A stretch of DNA of 5,302 nt from an uncultured Methanosarcinales archaeon (GTDB lineage: Archaea > Nanobdellota > Nanobdellia > Woesearchaeales > UBA525). The stretch spans positions 30,845 through 36,146 of the forward strand of contig CAZPUM010000002.1 of NCBI GenBank assembly GCA_964589765.1, in the 5' to 3' direction. Under the pieces are notes generated by a model that was not told the origin of the DNA, did no database searches, and saw only the letters and a program-made list of their open reading frames with translations. Shown one piece after another: positions 1-5,134 of this stretch (position 1 is its first letter; each line of letters starts with the position of its first letter). The translations under genes were made by a program, and so were the position numbers.

Positions 1-37
1 ATAAAGGGGAGGTCTCACTGGTCAAGCACGAACTGTA

Positions 38-45
38 TTCTTATA
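38..45 (+). promoter_or_regulatory. Weak TATA-like box (TTCTTATA) upstream of mcm
   Basis: It is centred 26-27 nt upstream of ATG 68, with no SD-like sequence between them. Confidence 0.3.
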
Positions 46-67
46 CCACTTCGTTCCACATAAAGAT

Positions 68-3000
68 ATGGATTTGCCCGAACAGATTGAGAGCTTTAAA
101 GAGTTCTTTGAGTTAAACGAGGAGTACAAAAGCATTCTCTTCGAACAGGTCAGAGAAGGAAAGCACTTTATCACAATCACGTTTACAGAACTGGCAAAAC
201 ACAACCCTGAACTTGCCCAGCTTCTACTTGAACAACCTGATGAAATTCTGAAAGCAGGACAGGTGGCCATTGACAAGATGGACCTTCCGAGGGCAACTGA
301 TGACAAATCACCTGTGGAAATTCGAATGGTCGGACTGCCAACCGAGCACTTCATGGCTCTCAGGGTTATCAGAAGCAAGCATCTTGGAAAGTTCATAGAG
401 GTTGAGGGAATCGTCAAACAAAAGTCTGATGTCCGACCACAGGTTACCAGTGCAAGGTTTGAATGCCCATCATGTGGGAACATTATTCCCACATTACAAC
501 TTGATGAGAAATTCAAGGAACCCATGAAATGCGGGTGTGGTCGAAAAGGAAAGTTCAAACTTCTAAGTAAAGAGTTCATGGACGCACAAGCCTTAACACT
601 AGAAGAGTCACCAGACGACCTAGATGGGGGAGAACAACCAAAAAGACTCAAGGTTTTCCTGAAAAAAGACCTTGTCAGTCCTATGTCTGATAGAAATACA
701 AACCCCGGCTCAAGAATTAGAATGGTTGGAACAATAAAAGAGGTTCCTATAGTTCTGGCCACTGGTGGGCAATCCACACGGTTCGACCTGATTCTGGATG
801 CTAACTCAATTTTTGCAGTTCAGGAAGATTTTTCACAGATAGATATTGACCCCGAAGAAAAAAAGGAGATTGAGGAGCTTAGTCAAGACCCTGACCTTTT
901 CGAGAAACTTGTAGCTAGCGTCGTTCCAACAATCTACGGTCACGAACCCATCAAACAAGCTCTTTTGTTACAGATGTTTGGGGGGTGTCAAAAAACACAG
1001 GGCAAAGGATCTAGGAGCCGTGGAGACATCCACGTCCTACTTATCGGGGACCCTGGTTCCGGAAAATCGGTAATGCTGAAGCGCATCAGCAACATCGCCC
1101 CAAAAGCCAGGTTTGTTTCTGGAAAGGGCGCTTCAGGTGCAGGCCTTACCGCCGCGGTCGTCAAAGACGACTTCCTGCGCGGTTGGACCCTTGAAGCGGG
1201 AGCGCTTGTACTTGCCAACCGCGGTCTTGCATGTATTGACGAACTGGACAAGATGACCAAAGAAGACACGAGCGCTATGCATGAAGCGCTTGAACAGCAG
1301 TGTTACCACTACAATACTCTTATTCAGTTTGCTGATGGCTCTGAACAAATGATTGGTGAGTATGTAGAATCTCTTTTTACAGAGCATAAAGACAAAATAA
1401 TTCATGGTAAAGATTGTTTGATTCTGCCTGATGGCCTCGTTGAAGATAACATCCTAAGCACTGATTGGAATAAGGTTTTCTCAAAGAAAATCACCCGTGT
1501 AAGCAAACACAAATCCACTAAAAAACTGTTTAAAATCACGTTCACACACGGTAGAACCATCACCGTTACACCTGAACACCCTGTTTATACCATTCATCAT
1601 GGAAGAATAGCCACCACCCAAGCTGAAAATTTAGAAATTGGACAGTTCGTGCCTATTCCTGCAGAACTACCTATCGAAGGCGAAACACAAAGGTTTGATA
1701 CAACCCAGTCAGAAATATTCAACCCAAGGGCTTCACGACACATTACGGTTCCAGAGCATAATGATGCCAATTTGTACAGATTGATTGGACATCTAATAGC
1801 AGAGGGTTCTAAAGAAATCAACAGAAAAAAGAATATTGGAATTAACTTTACTAACAAGGATCCTGTACTCTTAGCAGATTTCGCATCGTGTTTGAAGCGC
1901 CTTTTCAATTTAGATTGTTATGAACAAATAAGGAAAGATGCGCATGCACCCAGACTGATGCTTCGCGCTATATCAACAGAGCTTGCAAGATACTTTGAAA
2001 AAGAATTTCCTGAGTTGTTGGTTCATGCTCGTGAAAAAAGGGTTCCAACCCAACTCTTGAAAGGTAAAAAAGAGGACCTTGCTCAGATGCTCATGACTAT
2101 GTTTGAGGGAGATGGACACGTCTCTGTTAAACCCAGAACTCTTAGAATAGGATACGCAACAGATTCACAGAGACTTGCAGAGCAGGTTCAGGATTTACTT
2201 CTTAGATTTAGAATCAGAAGTTCAATCACAGAACACAAAAGCTCCTTCAAAGTCAACATTACAGGCCATGACAATATCTATCAATTCGCAGAGAAAATAG
2301 GATTCTTGAATCAAAACAGGCTAGAAAAAGTCCTCAATTATTTAGATGAAAAACAACCAATAAGAACAATTAAGGATGTTGTGCCTGTTGATGGCAGATA
2401 CCTTTTGTCGGTTCTCGAGAAAAACAATATCCGTAGAGTGGAAAACACACTTTTAGCAAGCATAAAACATGATTTGCTGAAAAAGAAACAGAACATCTCC
2501 AGAAGACAGTTGAAGAATGTGGTTTCTGAACTAGAAAACCGAGGAGACATAAATTCTGAACTAAGAAGATTGGCTCTTGGAGATATTCGATATGAAAAAG
2601 TCAAAAATATTGAGGTTGTAGAATCCGATAGGCCTTGGACTTACGACATTACTATTGAACCCACGCACACATTCATTAGTCAGGGAATGGTGCTCCACAA
2701 CACCATCAGCATCAGCAAGGCAAACATTCAGGCAACACTACGTTGCGAGACAACCGTTCTAGCAGCAGCCAACCCTAAGTTCGGACGATTCGACCCATAC
2801 AAAATGATAGGAGAGCAAATCGAATTACCTGTCGCACTTATCAGCAGGTTCGACCTTATTTTCCCGGTCAGAGACTTACCTGACCGTACCAAAGATGAGA
2901 AACTGGCATCTTTTATTCTCAGCATGCACAAAGACAACACAGGCAGAGAACCAATAATTGAAGAGGAAAAAGTAAAGAAGTATATCGCTTACTCAAGACA

Positions 3001-3511
3001 GACCTGTCGCCCAACATTATCCGATTCAGCCATAGACGAAATCAAAAACTACTATGTTAAGATGCGAGGCGGAGAAGATTCAAGTGCAGAAGAACAGGCA
3101 GCACAACCCATCGCTATCACCGCCAGACAGCTCGAAGCACTTATTCGATTAAGTGAAGCAAGCGCTAGAATTCACTTAAGCAAAAAAGTCACCAGGAGGG
3201 ATGCACAGCGTGCCATCGAACTGATGAACTACTGCTTACAACAGATAGGTATGGACCCTGAGACAGGCAAGCTTGATCTTGACAGGGTCACAACAGGCAT
3301 CAGTGCAAGCCAGAGAAGCCACATCAGCATAATTAAAGATATTATTAACGAGCTTGAAAAACAGATAGGAAAGGCGATTCCTATTGATGATGTTGTGAGG
3401 GAGGCCGGAATCAAAGGCGTCTCTTCTGACACTGCTGAAGATGTCATCTCCAGGTTGAAGCGTTCCGGCGACATTTATAGCCCTAAACACAACTTCGTTA
3501 GTCGACTTTGA
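68..3511 (+). CDS. mcm: MCM (minichromosome maintenance) replicative helicase precursor with one in-frame intein; spliced extein product about 680 aa
   Basis: The ORF has 1147 codons, with ATG at 68 and TGA at 3509-3511. An in-frame TAA at 2-4 and the absence of any other in-frame start fix the N-terminus. MCM hallmarks appear in canonical order. Zinc module: C133-x2-C136-x18-C155-x-C157 (nt 464-538). Walker A: IHVLLIGDPGSGKS (GDPGSGKS = nt 1046-1069). Then GLTAAVVKD...LEAGALVLA. Walker B: ACIDELDKM (nt 1229-1255). MHEALEQQ / TISISKANI is split by the intein. Sensor 1: VLAAANP. Arginine finger: SRFDLIF (nt 2843-2863). Sensor 2: ITARQLEALIRLSEA. The C-terminus has a winged-helix-like tail (IPIDDVVREAGIKGVSSDTAEDVISRLKRSGDIY). 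Confidence 0.95.
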   Translation: MDLPEQIESFKEFFELNEEYKSILFEQVREGKHFITITFTELAKHNPELAQLLLEQPDEILKAGQVAIDKMDLPRATDDKSPVEIRMVGLPTEHFMALRVIRSKHLGKFIEVEGIVKQKSDVRPQVTSARFECPSCGNIIPTLQLDEKFKEPMKCGCGRKGKFKLLSKEFMDAQALTLEESPDDLDGGEQPKRLKVFLKKDLVSPMSDRNTNPGSRIRMVGTIKEVPIVLATGGQSTRFDLILDANSIFAVQEDFSQIDIDPEEKKEIEELSQDPDLFEKLVASVVPTIYGHEPIKQALLLQMFGGCQKTQGKGSRSRGDIHVLLIGDPGSGKSVMLKRISNIAPKARFVSGKGASGAGLTAAVVKDDFLRGWTLEAGALVLANRGLACIDELDKMTKEDTSAMHEALEQQCYHYNTLIQFADGSEQMIGEYVESLFTEHKDKIIHGKDCLILPDGLVEDNILSTDWNKVFSKKITRVSKHKSTKKLFKITFTHGRTITVTPEHPVYTIHHGRIATTQAENLEIGQFVPIPAELPIEGETQRFDTTQSEIFNPRASRHITVPEHNDANLYRLIGHLIAEGSKEINRKKNIGINFTNKDPVLLADFASCLKRLFNLDCYEQIRKDAHAPRLMLRAISTELARYFEKEFPELLVHAREKRVPTQLLKGKKEDLAQMLMTMFEGDGHVSVKPRTLRIGYATDSQRLAEQVQDLLLRFRIRSSITEHKSSFKVNITGHDNIYQFAEKIGFLNQNRLEKVLNYLDEKQPIRTIKDVVPVDGRYLLSVLEKNNIRRVENTLLASIKHDLLKKKQNISRRQLKNVVSELENRGDINSELRRLALGDIRYEKVKNIEVVESDRPWTYDITIEPTHTFISQGMVLHNTISISKANIQATLRCETTVLAAANPKFGRFDPYKMIGEQIELPVALISRFDLIFPVRDLPDRTKDEKLASFILSMHKDNTGREPIIEEEKVKKYIAYSRQTCRPTLSDSAIDEIKNYYVKMRGGEDSSAEEQAAQPIAITARQLEALIRLSEASARIHLSKKVTRRDAQRAIELMNYCLQQIGMDPETGKLDLDRVTTGISASQRSHISIIKDIINELEKQIGKAIPIDDVVREAGIKGVSSDTAEDVISRLKRSGDIYSPKHNFVSRL
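464..538 (+). other. MCM N-terminal zinc-binding motif (Cys4, CxxC...CxC variant)
   Basis: The codons are TGC 464-466, TGT 473-475, TGC 530-532 and TGT 536-538. They translate to FECPSCGNIIPTLQLDEKFKEPMKCGCGRKGKF. Confidence 0.75.
1046..1069 (+). other. Walker A / P-loop of MCM (GDPGSGKS), uninterrupted
   Basis: Direct translation of ggg gac cct ggt tcc gga aaa tcg. Confidence 0.95.
1235..1252 (+). other. Walker B of MCM (IDELDK)
   Basis: Direct translation of att gac gaa ctg gac aag. It lies 16 codons upstream of the intein insertion point. Confidence 0.9.
1301..2701 (+). mobile_element. Intein (467 aa) with embedded LAGLIDADG homing endonuclease, inserted in the MCM AAA+ domain
   Basis: The insert is 1401 nt and in frame. 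It begins with Cys (TGT 1301-1303) directly after ...MHEALEQQ. It ends with His-Asn (CAC AAC 2696-2701), followed by Thr (ACC 2702-2704), which resumes the MCM motif TISISKANIQATL. Intein blocks are recognisable: A CYHYNTLIQFADG; B GRTITVTPEHPVYT (TPEH = nt 1568-1579); C LYRLIGHLIAEGS; E LAQMLMTMFEGDGH; F PWTYDITIEPTHTFIS; G QGMVLHN|T. Confidence 0.93.
1772..2119 (+). other. LAGLIDADG homing-endonuclease core of the intein (span from motif 1 to motif 2)
   Basis: Motif 1 is LYRLIGHLIAEGS (nt 1772-1810) and motif 2 is LAQMLMTMFEGDGH (nt 2078-2119). They lie about 100 residues apart, which is typical of single-chain double-motif LAGLIDADG enzymes. The acidic residue before the terminal Gly is present in both (E in IAEG, D in EGDG). 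Confidence 0.85.
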
Positions 3512-3520
3512 GCCGTAACG

Positions 3521-3528
3521 GTTAATAA
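3521..3528 (+). promoter_or_regulatory. TATA-like box (GTTAATAA) upstream of the OB/wH gene
   Basis: This is the only A/T-rich element in the 38-nt mcm-ORF2 spacer. It is centred 25-26 nt upstream of ATG 3550. The match is weaker, and co-transcription with mcm cannot be excluded. Confidence 0.3.
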
Positions 3529-3549
3529 CAGACCCTGAGTCCCACACAC

Positions 3550-4206
3550 ATGGCAACCCAGTTCCAAAGACAGACAGCTATTCTGTGTAACCTTCTTGAT
3601 ATCAAATCAGGAGAGTGGGTTCAGAATGAAGGACTTGAGCCATCAGGGATTAAGTGTGTTAGAGGCATGGTCTCAAGAGCCAATGTTTTGGCAGTTGTTG
3701 TTGATAAACCAACAGAACAAACTCTCCTTGTTGAGGACGGCACGGCCAGATTAACATTAAGAACCTTTGACCCTATGCCTTACCTCGAGCAGGTCAGTGC
3801 GGGCGATATCGTTCAAATCATTGGAAAACCTCGCGAATACAATAACGAACGTTATGTTGTTCTCGAGCTTTGTCGCAAGGTCTCGTCTGGTTGGGTTGAG
3901 TACAGAAAAAAGGAGCTTGAGTTTTTCTCAGGTAACACCCTTGTTGAGTTCCAACAACCTAAGGCTCCTGAACCAACCCCCATTGGAGAGGTTGCACCCG
4001 AAACTGTTGAGGTGCCCGCCGACACAAAAAATCCCTTCGAACAGATTATAGAAGTGATTAGAACTCTTGATGAAGGAGAAGGTGTTTCAATCGATGATAT
4101 TCTCGAAAAAGTTGAGAACGGGGACACTGAAAAATTTATCAAAACCCTTATTGAAGAGGGCGAAATCTTTGAAAACAAACCAGGTCGAGTGAAGGTTTTG
4201 GAATAA
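3550..4206 (+). CDS. OB-fold plus winged-helix protein, RPA32 / RPA-associated-protein (COG3390)-like; putative ssDNA-binding replication factor subunit
   Basis: The ORF has 218 codons, with ATG at 3550 and TAA at 4204-4206. An in-frame TAA at 3526-3528 limits the N-terminus. Residues ~36-113 (nt ~3655-3888) have an OB-fold pattern: VSRANVLAVVVDK...LLVEDGTARLTLRTF...VSAGDIVQIIGKPREYNNERYVVLE. The xDDGTG-like core and the GK..ey.. strand resemble RPA32/Stn1-type and anticodon-type OB folds. Residues 127-160 form a Pro/Glu/Val-rich linker. Residues 161-218 (nt 4030-4203) have a winged-helix pattern: FEQIIEVIRTL..GVSIDDILEKV...FIKTLIEEGEIFENKPGRVKVL. The functional call rests on pattern recognition only. 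Coding status is strong and the family assignment is moderate. Confidence 0.6.
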   Translation: MATQFQRQTAILCNLLDIKSGEWVQNEGLEPSGIKCVRGMVSRANVLAVVVDKPTEQTLLVEDGTARLTLRTFDPMPYLEQVSAGDIVQIIGKPREYNNERYVVLELCRKVSSGWVEYRKKELEFFSGNTLVEFQQPKAPEPTPIGEVAPETVEVPADTKNPFEQIIEVIRTLDEGEGVSIDDILEKVENGDTEKFIKTLIEEGEIFENKPGRVKVLE

Positions 4207-5058
4207 TCAAAAGAATATTGGAGTAACCCATACTTCAAGTACCCCTGCTACAAAGCACATCAACAGAGCTATCAGTAACAAGTCTGCTGAATCCAACAAA
4301 ACGTGTTCGAATTTTCTGGTCGTCATATCATGTCTTACAACGGCTATTGAGATTATTCCGCCAGCAAGACCTGCTACAAAATAGGCAGCTATCTCAGGTA
4401 TTCCATGTATAACATAACGCAAAAGGGCGTAACTAACAACCTGGAAGTACCCTCCTGCAACGGCCAGGCCTGTGTGATTAGCAATCTCAGCCAGTCCTGT
4501 TCTCATTATGTTACCGATTGCTGCACCAATTATACTGGCGTTCCACGCCAAAATAAATATGGCCCCTGCCCCATATAGGAAACTGAACAGGATACAAAAT
4601 ACCAGCACCCTTACGTTGTTAAGGAATATTCTGGAGAATGTTCCTACATCTGTTGAGAACATCCCCGTTGCATGCCCATTAATCGCTTGTATGGTGTCTC
4701 TTTGAGCTTCAAATAAGGTCGCAGACATATCCGCTGGTAAAAATGTGTACCAGATTGCAAAGCCAACGGCCATACCAACAAACATCCAGATAAAACTGGA
4801 CAGCGCTTTAGAGTGTTCTTTCAACAACCACGTTTCTTCCATCCCCTCGAGGTCTTTCTCTTCCTCCATCACAGTCAATTGGTAGACCAAAGGAAGAGCA
4901 GCCATTGTTACTAGAAACACAGAAGTCATACTTGCGTACGCTTTAAACACCGCAAAAGCCAGAAAAACAGCTATTGTCGTGTAGATAAAACCAAGTACGG
5001 CTGTTTTCCAAGGTTTCTGTTCCGCCTGAAAGGCCGAAAGAATATTTTCGACTACCAC
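4207..5058 (-). CDS. Integral membrane protein, SpoIIM / COG1300 (stage II sporulation protein M-like) family
   Basis: The ORF has 283 codons on the minus strand, with stop TGA (revcomp of tca) at 4207-4209. The only start-type codon after the in-frame upstream stop (5071-5073) is GTG at 5056-5058. There are about six hydrophobic spans. Family-typical motifs are IFLNNVRVLV, ILAWNASIIGAAIG, YVIHGIPEIAAYFVAGLAGG and CFVAGVLEVWVTP. Confidence 0.75.
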   Translation of the reverse strand: MVVENILSAFQAEQKPWKTAVLGFIYTTIAVFLAFAVFKAYASMTSVFLVTMAALPLVYQLTVMEEEKDLEGMEETWLLKEHSKALSSFIWMFVGMAVGFAIWYTFLPADMSATLFEAQRDTIQAINGHATGMFSTDVGTFSRIFLNNVRVLVFCILFSFLYGAGAIFILAWNASIIGAAIGNIMRTGLAEIANHTGLAVAGGYFQVVSYALLRYVIHGIPEIAAYFVAGLAGGIISIAVVRHDMTTRKFEHVLLDSADLLLIALLMCFVAGVLEVWVTPIFF

Positions 5059-5079
5059 ACTCCATCTCGTCTACGTCGA

Positions 5080-5087
5080 TATTTAAA
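5080..5087 (-). promoter_or_regulatory. Archaeal TATA box (TTTAAATA on the minus strand) for the SpoIIM-like gene
   Basis: The minus strand reads ACCTTTAAATATCG. The box is centred 25-26 nt upstream of GTG 5058. Confidence 0.45.
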
Positions 5088-5105
5088 GGTTATAGCCCCT
5101 GAAGA

Positions 5106-5113
5106 TTTATAAA
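5106..5113 (+). promoter_or_regulatory. Archaeal TATA box (TTTATAAA) for the aIF-2 beta gene; purine-rich BRE-like GAAGA immediately upstream
   Basis: TTTATAAA is centred 25-26 nt upstream of ATG 5135. There is no SD-like sequence in between, so the transcript is probably leaderless. Confidence 0.5.
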
Positions 5114-5134
5114 CCCCTTGTCAATCCGAATATT

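Noticed and set aside
6-13. GGGGAGGT at the left window edge, SD-like
   Set aside because: No start codon follows within 5-10 nt. It may belong to an upstream element outside the window and cannot be interpreted.
22-777. 251-codon ORF antisense to the 5' third of mcm
   Set aside because: It lies entirely antisense to a strongly conserved helicase N-terminal domain. Its product is Ser/Cys/Arg/Leu-rich and of low complexity, with no recognisable motifs. No TATA box sits at the right distance. In this antisense frame a stop needs Tyr, or His/Gln after a T- or C-ending codon, and these are rare in this part of mcm. The long open frame is therefore explained by sense-strand composition.
1046-1069. 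Checked for a second intein at the P-loop or other conserved MCM motifs
   Set aside because: GDPGSGKS, Walker B, sensor 1, the arginine finger and sensor 2 are all contiguous. After removing 467 residues, the extein length (about 680 aa) is normal for an archaeal MCM.
2390-2620. Basic helical segment of about 60 aa (DGRYLLSVLEKNN...ISRRQLKNVVSELENRGDINSELRRLALGD) between the endonuclease core and intein block F, a possible extra DNA-binding domain
   Set aside because: Large archaeal inteins commonly have a helical linker or DNA-recognition segment here. The ...LRRLALGDIRYEKVKNIEVV... stretch matches the usual lead-in to block F. Nothing demonstrably unusual can be shown without structure prediction.
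3385-3437. C-box-like TGATGA with CTGA motifs about 45-50 nt downstream (possible C/D-box sRNA)
   Set aside because: It lies inside the mcm coding frame. The preceding base is not a purine, there is no D'/C' pair at the required 12-nt guide spacing, and there is no terminal stem.
3512-3549. Small hairpin ccg-taa-cgg after the mcm stop, a possible terminator
   Set aside because: The stem is only 3 bp and no oligo-T tract follows, so there is no credible termination signal.
988-3556. Several 70-106-codon minus-strand ORFs inside mcm and the intein (988..1269, 1133..1405, 1597..1908, 2338..2604, 2728..2940, 3229..3474, 3236..3556)
   Set aside because: All are antisense shadows of the 1147-codon ORF. 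They are short, have odd composition and lack promoter signals.
3767-4238. Alternative-frame ORF (3767..4051 +) and antisense ORF (3852..4238 -) overlapping the OB/wH gene
   Set aside because: The 3550..4206 frame gives a coherent OB fold, linker and winged-helix protein. The overlapping frames give Ser/Leu/Arg-rich products without recognisable features.
4508-4705. 65-codon plus-strand ORF inside the SpoIIM-like gene
   Set aside because: It is antisense to a well-supported membrane-protein ORF, short, and has no signals.
5060-5063. GGAG (minus strand) just upstream of the GTG start of the SpoIIM-like gene, a possible Shine-Dalgarno
   Set aside because: It is only 1 nt from the start codon, too close to act as an SD. 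It probably also lies upstream of, or at, the transcription start.
4945-5065. Out-of-frame ATG (minus strand, 5065..5063) opening an ORF of about 40 codons that overlaps the start of the SpoIIM-like gene
   Set aside because: It is too close to the TATA box (about 18-19 nt from the box centre). It is short, Cys/Gly/Ser-rich, and overlaps a frame that encodes a convincing TM helix.
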